The translations under genes and the position numbers were made by a program. Under the pieces are notes generated by a model. That model saw nothing but the letters and a program-made list of their open reading frames with translations, made no database searches and was not told the DNA's origin. From positions 42,658,001-42,722,000 of the forward strand of contig OZ249436.1 of assembly GCA_965235115.1 (NCBI GenBank): a stretch of DNA of 64,000 bases, given 5' to 3'. Source of the stretch: Laetmonice hystrix. Lineage: Eukaryota. Below are positions 36,201-48,200 of this stretch, piece after piece (the stretch's first letter is position 1; every line of letters begins with the position of its first letter).

Positions 36201-39200
36201 TTTGCATCTATATTTGTCTGTGGAGAACCAGCACTTTTTTCAGCGCTTAGATGTATTATACACACTTGAAATAAACCAGCTTAAGTGGTAGACTGATAAT
36301 TGCCCCCCTTTTTAACCTAGGAACAGATAGAACCTTATCAACTGCAGTACGGTACTTATTTACGCTGCAGGAGGTATTTGAGACATAATTGCCTGGGCAA
36401 TTTGTATGACACTGATGGCCATGAAGAGGTAGTGATTACATTTACATCCTAGGACTGGGAACCAAGGACTGTATTGAAATCCCAAACTTTAACTGTTCTA
36501 GTTAATGGCAGTTCATAGAGAGGCAAGTGAAAACTTGTATGAATAAAACTTATATATATATGAATATTTATATGCCCCGACTGCGGTAAGCGTGCAACGT
36601 GCAACGTGGCAGGCTATCAGCATTTAGGTCACACATAAACTTACTATTATAGTAGCAGGGGATACAGTGGAAGAGGTAAACCTATTTTGAAGATATCTTC
36701 AATTCATTTGAAGATACCCACAATTCATTTGAAGATATCCACAATTCATTTACAGATATCTGTAAATCAGCATCTATACAGATATCTTCAAATGATTTGA
36801 AGATATATCTGTAAATGAATTGTGGATATCTGTAATTTAATTGAACATACATAAATTTGTATTTGTAATTCTTTGTAAGATATCTTTAATAGAATTAAGG
36901 ATATGTGCGAACATCACTTTAAATGTATAGCTTAAATTGTTTTGCAGATATCCCTAAAAGAATTGAAGATATCTTCAAATCATTTGAGGATATCTTCAAT
37001 TCATTTGAAGATATCTTCAATTCATTTGAAGATATCCACAATTCATTTACAGATATCTGTAAATCAGCATCTATACAGATATCTTCAAATGATTTGAAGA
37101 TATATGTAAATGAATTGTGGATATCTGTAATTCAGTTGAAGATATCTGTAATAGAATTAAGGATATGTGTGAACATCACTTTAAATGTATAGCTTAAATT
37201 GTTTTGCAGATATCTCTAAAAGAATTGAAGATATCTTCAAATCATTTGAGGATATCTTTAAATATTTGAAGATACACAATGTATCTGTAAATATTTGCAG
37301 ATATCTTTAAATATTTAAAGATATCTTTAAATGAATTGAAGATATCTTCAATTGAATTGAAGATATCTTTAAATATTTGGAGATATCTGAAATTGCTGAA
37401 TAAAAGTACCAACGGCATCCCATATGAATCCGTCTACGACGCTACAACGTATTAATTAGCAGCCTAAGTGTTCTACAAAAAGATGACTGGAAAGGTTCAC
37501 GAAATGCAGTAATTTTTGTTTTATTTGTTTGTTTCTGTAAAGAAAGTTGTTCTATGGAGACTACATGATATAAGGAGGAAGACAATAGGTTCCGCCAGAT
37601 GTTCCCCGTCATGATGCATGCTTGCACGTGTACCTGTTGGTATTGCTTTGCTTGACGGCATTGCCTCAAGCTGACCTTGCGTATTTGACCCAGTTGTAGG
37701 CGGTGCTATATCGGTGCTGTGCTTGGTGCAGCAGCAGCTGTCCTATATCGAAGTCACAGCATTTGGCTTGGCCAGATTAGGATGGACATTTTTTGTGTTC
37801 TTCAGTTTCACTTTCAGTGAGCTACTGTTTGGGTGCAAGATCATATAGGCCTGGCCTACATGGAACCAATTATCTTCGGAAAAATCCCCTAATTTGATAA
37901 ATTTGAATTTTCATAAATTGTTTGAAGTGGCAAAGCCTTTTCTGCATGAGATCAATGCATGTGAATATGTTATAGACCATGCTAGTTAGCCAATCAAGCT
38001 CATAATCCCTCAAACCAATTAGAGTAGTACACAAAGTTTAGCGAAAAAGATAGGACTATAGGCAGGGTTTCCTGGACGATTTTTTTTTTTTTTGGGGGGG
38101 GGAGAGTCGATTTTTTTTAAATACAACAAGAGAACTTAGTTTTTTTGGGGAGGGGAGTAGCCTAACTGATAATATGGAGGGGAGGGTGTAGCCAGGCGGG
38201 TTTCCGGTTTGGGCCTGGAAACCCCCTCCCCAAAAAAGATAATTAATAGATAATTAAACAATTGAATAGATCTAAATGAATTACTAATATTATGGTTGGG
38301 CCCCCCCCCCCGCCATCTCAGTTCTGCCTACACCCCTGGGGGGAGGATGTAACTGATATGGGGGAGGGGCAGTAGGCCTAAACATATTGGGGGGATCTCC
38401 TCTAAAAGGGACCGGTCTTGCAGGAACCGGTACATCGCCCGTGATAACTTAAGTAAAGTAAAGAGCCATATAGCCCTGACCTTATCCCTAACCCCTAACC
38501 CCGGTCCCTACACCTCCCAAAATATATCTCTATCCTATCCCTGTCCCTGTCCCAGACCCCCGAACCCCTGCCCGACAATTTTGTGGGGAAGTTATCATGG
38601 GGAAATAACCAGCAGGGGCGGGTTGCACAAACGGTCCGAGATCTACGGGTTAGGACTGAATTTAGGACCATGCAGTCCTACATTCAACAGGGGCCAATAT
38701 CCATAATTTAAATGTAATTTGTCAACTTTTATATCTCAAGGGCTATTGAAACTCAGATCATATGAAGTGCTTGGGGGCATGACACTCAGTAGGACTGGTC
38801 CTAAATTCAGTCCTAACCCGTTAGTGCAACCCGCCCCTGGAACCCCCGATAGGCATAAGCCCACATTCCTCAGATATAGACTCACTTTCAGAAAGAGACA
38901 CTTTATAAGTTGCCAGCTACTGCCTGGTCGATCTGATAACCTTGTAATCATATATGACCTGGCCTGTGGACATGGGGCAGCCCGGAGCTGGTCTTACCCT
39001 GTCTGAGGATATAGGCCTAGGCCTATGAGGAGCTGACAAGCTGAAGCTTATCTTTGTTCCTGGATTCACTGATCAGACTTGAGGTTATTTATCAGGTCAG
39101 TAGGCATGGCTAGTGATAAGAATAGTTGATATCCTGCTTAACTCACATCATAAAGATAGTGAATGTTAAGAATGCGGATCATGTGATGGTAGGAGGTCTG

Positions 39201-42200
39201 CATGACCCCATTCAAAGTTTACGTCAGAACCTTGACTGAGTGTCGTCCCAGTTGCCATAAGGCCTATCACAGAGGCAAGTCAAAACCGAAAGTGTAAAGA
39301 TTTAAAGAGTTTTACATCATGGCCTATAGGCCGTAGGGGCCGTCCATAAAATTTAATTAGGGGCCTACGTAACGCTATTCTGACCAAAATCTGGCCCCCC
39401 CGTAACGTACGCTTTCAATTGAGCTTTATAATGGACCTAAATAACGCTTGGACACACACCCCCCCCCCACCCCCCCACCCCCCACCCCCTGAGCGTTAGG
39501 CCTACATAGGATAATTTATGAACGGTCCCTTAAATTGTTGTTTATTACAGGGTCATGGTAAATGTTAAAATGTCTTGTAAAATGCCTGGTGCCTGCTGGG
39601 AAGGCTAAACCACCCCCACGCCAGTCCGGGGAGGTATAAGTTTATATAGGCCTATAGGCTGAGTATACAAGCTAGGACATTGCGAAGTGGAACAGTAAAC
39701 TAGGTAGCCGTGTACTTTCATAAGAATACATCGAGATGTTCTAGATATCCCACTCCTGCCCTCGTTATCTAGGTCAGAGCTTCTCGGACTAGCCTGTAAG
39801 AACAGGATAGGCTTCTAGATTTATCAGGGGACAGATAGGCCTAGTAGATAGCCTACCCGGCGATTCAGCTCCGAGCCCTAACACCCTGACACCCTGAATA
39901 GGCCTATAGCGTAGGCATACTTAAAGGTAGGCCTAGCCTATTATCTATGGGGGAGGTCTATAGCAGATTCTGTAAAATTAGGCCCACCAGCTATCAGTGA
40001 GGCAGTAACAATAGTGTCTCTTCTCCCTTCAACTTAGGCCTAGTTCAAGGCTTCATTATATGTTCATATTTTGATCAAAAGTCTTAATTTGATGCCGCCT
40101 AGTAGGCCTACCCTCCCCGCCCCTTATATAGGCCTAGTGCCCCGCATTAGGCCTAGACCTCTCCTCTAAGGCTCTATGTGTTTGTATCTGCCTCGAATAT
40201 CCTCTTGTTTTCTGAGGCCCCTTGTTGTGCTATGCACCTCATGATAGGTTTACAATTCTTTATGCCTATCCTTGAACCAGAAACTGGCGTAGCCTGTGTG
40301 GACTGTAGCCCAAGAGCACTGCTCAGGCCGCGTGATGACATATGACAGAGCAAGCGGGATCCCTCCATGTCACCCGTCACGGTCTGCCTGGGTTGGACTC
40401 CAGGTCACAATGCACCCTTACCCAGTGCATGCATGAATCCATGCATGATGCGTCTGCACAAAAGAAGCCAATGTCACTTCATGTGGCTACGTTAATAAGA
40501 GACTGCAGCAAAAGCAGGCTCCCGTGGAGAATGGCCTAAACATTGTAACTGAAAATTAGGTCAGCGCATCATGGCCATTATTTGCGGCATGGCTTGGTTG
40601 TGTTCAGGGCCAGATCTGGTCAGAGCAGGCATGCAGGGCTTGCCGTGTCATACTTGGATGTGGGTACATTATGATAATTGCACTCCAGTCATTAATATTG
40701 AGTAGTTTGTGGGCCGGACCAGACTATGCATAACAATGAGGGTGGCCAGCAGGGTTGTGGGTTTGGCCAGGAGGGCCCAACAAGAAACAGGCTGGCTGGT
40801 GGCTGGCTGGGTGAGTGTGAGGGTGTGAGTTGTGAGTGAGTGAGAAGGTCTACACTATGCTGCTGCCGCAGTGGGTGATGAAGCCTAGCTGGCGTTGCAT
40901 TCACTGAGATGCTATTATACAGTTGTAGAGCCCCCTGCATCTGATTACTAGATGGCAGTGACAGATGGGGCTTGGCAGCCAGGTCTGTGATCCACATCCC
41001 GGGAGGGGAGCTCTACCTGCCCGGCCAGCCCAGTCACAGCTGGGGAGAACTGCTGCCTTGCCGACATCAGAAAGGTGTGTTTTTAGCTTGAATTTGGCTC
41101 AGTGTGTAGGCCTACTCCAAGGTCGTGGAGCAGGTGCGTGGGTGTGGCAGGTTGGTGCATGGAGAATGGTTTTGAGGCAGGCTACAGACATGGTGGGTAG
41201 GCGATCTATATTGATTTCTATGCCGTCGTTTTTAATCTCTGTAGAATCCATGATGCCAGAATAACCTCGTGACATTCATGTTTTTCTAAACGTCAACTTA
41301 CCATGGAAACGGAAATATCTGACCTCAGAAGGGTCTGACTTGGCAGGTTACTGATAGCCTATTAGGCTATCAAAATCTGTGTCTGACCGTCTGACTAACG
41401 AGTCCGGCAGATGGTCAGGACGCTGGTGACTAGCCTATGATGTGTCAGGTGCTGACAGGTTTAAAGGGCCTCCCCAATGTGTGTTACACACAGTACCGTT
41501 GTTCCCTTTCTACCCAACGTATTGCTGCCTGTAATACCGAGCCTTTTACCTGTAAAGTATAGCCAGGCATACAATTATGACGGTCCAGGTAGGCCTAATA
41601 TCGATTGTGAGGCTTTTAAAAAGAACCAGGTCACATGCACAGCAACTCAGGTGAATAACCTAATTATTTCAGTGTCCAAGCAGTGATGGTTGTAAAACCT
41701 TAATCACATAGCCTACTAGTACTACTATAACCTATACATTATGTTCTACAGTACGTCACTATGAGCCTATACATTGACCCATGAAACATATAGATTACGA
41801 CCATGCACTAAAAGATGTCCTAGTACCGTGTCGAATTTCTTTTAGTCGACATGTTGGCCGGAACAGGAATTGTACCGCTATGTTATTTGGCCAAAGGATA
41901 AAGGGCTTAAATCAAAAATCTACATTGTCAAATTCCAACCCAAACACAACGTGGTATATCATTCATGTTTAAATCGAAATACGTTATCACAATCAATAAG
42001 TTGGTTCGATATTGGCCTCAATTTTGAGAATAAGCAGAATCCTCTTCTATTAGGGCCTGAATTTGGGAATGTTTACAAAATACATGGGCTTCTAGTGCCA
42101 GGCCCTTTCACTCCAAATGTATTCATAAACACGAGGGATAGAACAAAAACGTTTGGCTTTTTTCATGACTTTGTTGATTGAGCTTCTTATAATATGACAC

Positions 42201-45200
42201 TATTGGACCTTGAATGACCAAAGTAGCTTGGTGATATAATTATCTAAACCACCATCTTCATATGGGGGAAAACCCAAATTTACCGGAGGTATTATTGTAT
42301 TCCCAGGAGATCATTGTATCTGCCGTTCGACGTATAACGTCATATGTCAGGATACCGATGGTGACCGCCGAGTCATGTGGACTATCTGTTAAAATGTCAT
42401 GTAGAATCATACTTAGACTCGCAAGTGACCGCTGAGCTCAGGGTAGATGGTACTTCCAATGAGTTGCCAGCACACGGCAGACACTCATTTTAGTACCCAA
42501 TTCTAGTGTTGTTCAGGATATGAGGTATCTGTCTGAGGAAATAAACGCAGCATATCCGGTTCAGAATGAAAGCATTTCATTGATTACTAGTACACGTACT
42601 GTCAAAAAATCATTGACATAAAGACAAGAGACTTTTGAAGCATCCCGTGTAATTATAGAAGATGCATAAATAGACTGGATTTATTAGTGATGCCTTTGGG
42701 ATACCGTTTCATGAGCCTGCAGAGTGTTTGGGTAATTATAAATCTGTGTGTCCTTCAAAAGTTATCCTAGGTTATTAGGAGGGGTTACGCAAAGTTACAG
42801 AGGTAGTACATAGTGATATAGCGCTGAGATCTTTCACTTCCTCCGGGTTACAATTAAATCGCAGTAAACGTTAACCCAAGACATCCTCTTCGACATCCCG
42901 ACTCCCGATAGCAAATATGTATGTATGGACCCACTTGTGACTTTGCAAGATATAGCTCTCAGAAATGATATATGGACGACATAGGGGCAAGCTAGTGACA
43001 ACATTATGGAGGCCCTGGAGGGGAAGTAGGCCACGTCCCAGACAGTATCTGACCCCGTCTGTGTCTCTGTTAGTTTCCTTCCCACACCCTTATAAAAGTG
43101 ATGGGACGTCATGCATGCCAGACACTCGGCAGCACGACAGGATCCGTGTGCACAATCAGGTATAGCTCACCCGACACAGCGCAGTGTGCCGCTTATAAAG
43201 AAGCACATCTGTTATACTGCTCGCCAACAATGCCCATCGTAAAGTAAGTAGAGGTGCATTAAAAGATTTGCTTGTCAAAGGAAGGGACGTATTCAGACTG
43301 GGCAGACCTGTCCACAATCTAGTCCGTTTTTTTCTCACTTTACTAGAAGTCAACGTGATTGGATACAATGGGAGGAGAGCAAGATTTTGGTTTCATTCTG
43401 GTATGCTCTCTTCAAGGAATGATCTGTACTTAGGGCAATTAATAGGGGGTCTGTCGATAAAAGGTCATTATTGCCATTAATTTCTGAAGATGGAAGCCAA
43501 GATAGAAAACACCATTGTAATGTCATACTGGTCAGTATATGCTTTGCATGGTGGGAGAGGCCATCGTCTCCACATGAAGTGTTATAAAAGCATCTATTGA
43601 TTTTGAAGCATAGAACGTGAAAAGTACGGAATATGGATTCATAAGGTGATATTTAATATCATGCATGGTAACCCGTCTACCGCATGCAAAGTTGCCTCGG
43701 CGAATCTGTTACAGTTATTTTCACGTAAATAGGTTACATATATTACCCATCTCCCATGATCATTTTGATGACCAATAGCTTCCCAGATAAGCATAGTTTG
43801 TGAAAACTGTATGACAGTAGTTTCAAGTTTAAAGCTTCATAATGATTGAGTTTATTTCAACTTCTGTTTCCAGAGGCACGTAGCAGGGAGGAAGGCGAAG
43901 CTGTCGACATTGGGGACGTTGAAGAAGGACACTCGTAATAAGACGGCACAGAACGACAGTGACCCAGGAAGTCCAAGGATCACGAGGAACCGAGCCAGGT
44001 CTCTCCGTAACAGTGGTGGTTCCTCAGGTAGTATTGGAGCTCTCACTACACCGACCCAGTCTGACATCCATCCAAGGTCACCTACCCAGATAACACCGTC
44101 ACCAGAACCTCCTCCAGTAGTGGAATCTTCTCCAGGGCCCACACGGGATACCGGCACCGCCAAAGAGGGTCAGACCAAGGAGTCAAGTGCTGATGCCCCA
44201 CCCGGTAAAGTCACTGAGGGTGAAGAAGAAAGTGAAAAGGTTGAAGAAGATAATGAGAAGAAGACACCAGAACCTTTTAAAACAGAAGGGGCAGAAGATG
44301 ATTGTAAAGAACAAGAAGAGGGACAAGGGCCACATGGAGACACCGGGCCATTGGCGGATCCCTTAGAGAAACAGGCGCCAAGTAATACTCCAAATGTCTC
44401 CAAGTATAATGCCCAACAAGATGAAAGGGTAGAACCTGAAGAGAACCTTGCAGGTAAAGGGAAGGTTTCAGTAGAAGAGATGGTTGCAGAGGAAAGGAAG
44501 GCACCAGATTCATGTATGCTCTCTGTCTCAGTAGACAGTAGTGATATACCTCCTGTTGACACAGAGAAGATGTTGTCAGCTAGTCCTGACGATTTATCTC
44601 ACAGCATGCCTTCAAACCAGGAAGTTTCTCACGATGTAACAGAAAAGAAACTGAATTGTAAAAAGGAGCGGAAAATGAAGGAATATGAAGGCGTGGAAGG
44701 GAAGAATGCACACAGCACGATTAATGGCGTCCTGCATGCTCATAAGGCGCCAACGATAAGAAACATCCTTGAAAACCTCCAGCAAACGCCTCAACCATAT
44801 GGTATTTCTGCAAGTCATGCTGAATCAGGACCTCCATTGTCCGTAAGCGATGCCTCAAAACGCAAAGGTGCTCATATCGAACCATTTGAGACAATATGTA
44901 ACACAAATATGCTGAATAACCTGCAGCTCTGCTCAAAGTATGTGAATGACACGCTGAACATGTGTTCTATGGATTTCAACAAAAGCCCTAGAGTTTCCGG
45001 AATGACAGGAAGTAAAGACGATATGGAGATCAATTCAGAGATCACCACAAAGCATCGGTTGGATGAGAAAGACTTAAAACAATGTCAACAAGAGAATCTT
45101 GCAAATAAAGATACCACGGTGGGACAAGGGGAGGCTCAGACTGAAAGCACCGCCAAATCATTATCCAGTGCACAAGATGACATTAAGCCTGTTGAAATCT

Positions 45201-48200
45201 TCCTCCCAAATATTGAAAGGCGTCGAAACTCCACTGACACTCACCTTTCAGAGCTCTGTGACACGTTACGCAAGAAGCTTGAGGCAGAGGTACCTTATAA
45301 GCTGCCGAACGGCTTTTATGATCGCCCACCAGGGTATTTGATGATGCCTGATGACTCATACAACGGTGCTACACTTTCGAGAGGTTTACCTGATAAAACA
45401 CCTGCTGCTGATTTGATGACTAAAAAAGTAATACCTTCATCTGAAGAGGCGACATCCAGCATTTTTTCCATATCAAATTCCAGTGGAATGAACGTTACTA
45501 GAACTTTGAGTTCTGTTGAATATATGGTTGAACCAAGTAAAGTGCGGAATCAGCAAAGTTCATTTCTCGCTACTTCTTCATCTCAGGGAAAAAATCATTT
45601 GCCAATTGCTTCTAGTCCATTAAGTAACAATGCAGCTTTTGGCCCTCATCAGATGATCAGCACCGCTAGTGAGCAGAGACCACCAGCAGCTTACAGTGTC
45701 ATAAATTCACAGAATTTAGAATTATTGTCTGATGTTTCTAGTATAACTTCTCAGAATGCCACCTCTTTAGGAGATTCTTTATCGAAATCGGCATTGTTTG
45801 AAGAAGGCAAGACCGCTGCCATCTCCGGGCACAACAGCAGACCTGTCCTTTCCTTGGGGGCCAAAGAGTTGTACAGCAGTGGAAGTGGGTTGCCTGGCGG
45901 CAGAGAAAACCAATCCTGGATGTCCTCTCCCCAACCGATTGCTTCCAGACCAAACAGCAGGTTGGGTTCATCTGTGGGAGGCATGCCATCGGCGGCTGGG
46001 TCTTTCCAAAGTGGCGGCTGGGGCCTGGCGTCCAGCGCTGCCTGCCGGTCGACGGCAGGGTCTTCCCAAAGTGGCGGCCGGGGCCTACCGTCCGGCGCTC
46101 AGTCGGCGGCCGGGTCTTACCAAAGTGGCGGCCGGGGCCTACCGTCCGGCGCTCAGTCGGCGGCCGGGACTTCCCAAAGTGGCGGCCGGGGCCTAGCGTC
46201 CAGCGTTGCCTGCCGGTCGGCGGCCGTGTCTTTCCAAAGTGGCGTCCGGGGCCTAGCGTCCAGCGTTGCCTGCTGGTCGGCGGCCGGGTCTTTCCAAAGT
46301 GGCGGCCGGGGCCTACCGTCTGGCGCTCAGTCGGCGGCCGGGTCTTTCCAAAGTGGCGGCCGGGGCCTAGCGTCCAGCGTTGCCTGCTGGTCGGGGGCCG
46401 GGTCTTTCCAAAGTGGCGGCCGGGGCCTACCGTCCGGCGCTGCCGGTCAGTCGGCGGACGTCAGCTACACGTCCAGCGGGACCACGCTAACCTCAAGCTC
46501 AGCACGTGGAAGTATTGTTTCCAGCACCATATCGCCTTCCATCACGGCAGCTTTCAAAGACGAAAACAAACATGTTAAAGACAATGTAGTTATGGCCAAG
46601 ATTGGTAATGAAACAATCGAGGTCAATGCTGCAGAAGCCGACATGGTAAAGGAGATGATGGAGATGTCAAAGGAGGAGTCGAGTCTTGTTGAAAGACTGA
46701 AAAATAACGTCATAGAAACTATTGCTTCCTGTAACTGCCCCAATGCACGTAAGTATGAAGAAGATCTATTTATATATCTAAATGATGTACTGTAATGTAC
46801 TATAATATAATGAAGGTTTGACAGTTCTAAGTATATGTAAGATCTTAAACCATAAAGATCAGATAGAACAAATACCATATCATTTCCACGTATTAGAATT
46901 TATTGAACTTTGCTGTGGCCATTTCTTCAAGGCTGCATGGCAAAGGGAAATTGAGGGACGTAATTATCGTAAGCTAAGTGGAGGTAGAAGATCCGATATA
47001 TGTGGATAATTCACCTTTTTGCTTAATACGGAATGCTAGGGCTTAATAAAAAGGAGCGTTTCAGTGAATCCTTTGTTAATAGAGTATATAAGTGTGTGTT
47101 CAAGGGTCGTTGGAGATATTTAAGTGTCTAGCAAACAATAGGTTAATAGTTTTTGCAGATACCAGGACCATTCCTTTAAAAAACGCCACAATATACAAAT
47201 GGTAACGTTATGGACACCTCTGTCAAGAGAAAAGAAAGGGCAATGCACCGTCTCAGGATCGCCCTATGATTTTCAAGAATGATCTGGGCTCACTTACATG
47301 GGCCAATTAACAGTTGTCAGAGCAGCCGGGTTTATATTGCCCTGACTGGGATCTGTGAGCCAGCCACCGACACTTGGAGAGCTAGGATGTCATAAAACAT
47401 GATATCATATAATACTTGGACCAGCATGATTCACTACCGCAATCCTGATGGCTTTCCCAAAGTTATCCCCCTCTATCTAAACTATCGGTAAACTATACTA
47501 TTGAGGTTCCGTCCAACACCTGCAGGACGAGTCAACATCAAATCATTTTGAAAGCAGTGCAGAGTGGAGGGAAGCGTTTATTTTCGTTGGTATAGGCACT
47601 ACTACTTCTACTAGTTCTTGGCGTTCGAGGGTTTGGCAATTACACTTTGTTCATGGAAAGCATGTCTCATTTTTCACACAGCAAAATTGGTAAAACAGCC
47701 AAGTAGAAAGCAACGGACACGACCAACATCAAGCAGTCAGAGTGAGTTGGGGGGTATCGGAGGTATAATATATAGTTCCATTCACACTAACAACAGTAGT
47801 TTCCGGGCCCAGTGCATGACAGGTTCGCCCCGGTTTGACCTATGTTGTCTGCACATACTCTATACAGTTACTTATTGAATAGTCTGCATGAGCGGATGTG
47901 ACTTGAACAGAAGGGTCCAGGAAGCAGCTGAGACGAAACTCGAGTAACATTCAAGGACATAAATGCCCCGTATATATATTTTTTTATGCAAAATTTATGC
48001 AAGACTGTCATAGCCCTTCAGCTCTAGTTAGTGTTTAATTTTTAACACAGCTACTAACATCCTTGGACTATAAGATCTATAGTGAGGAAGGTTCTGTGCA
48101 CCAAAAGCTTGCAGATCAGCACACGGAATCTGCAATATGTGGAGATCATCATTTTCCGTTGGTCCCCAAGCAGGTACTACGTACATTTAAGTTAAATTTG

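Noticed and set aside
36687..37423. CRISPR-like array
   Set aside because: No unique spacers, eukaryotic context and no cas genes.
48081..48112. Penelope-type hammerhead ribozyme remnant (TGAGGAAGGT..ACCAAAAGCTT)
   Set aside because: The core CUGANGA and GAAA motifs are both broken and no flanking stems are evident.
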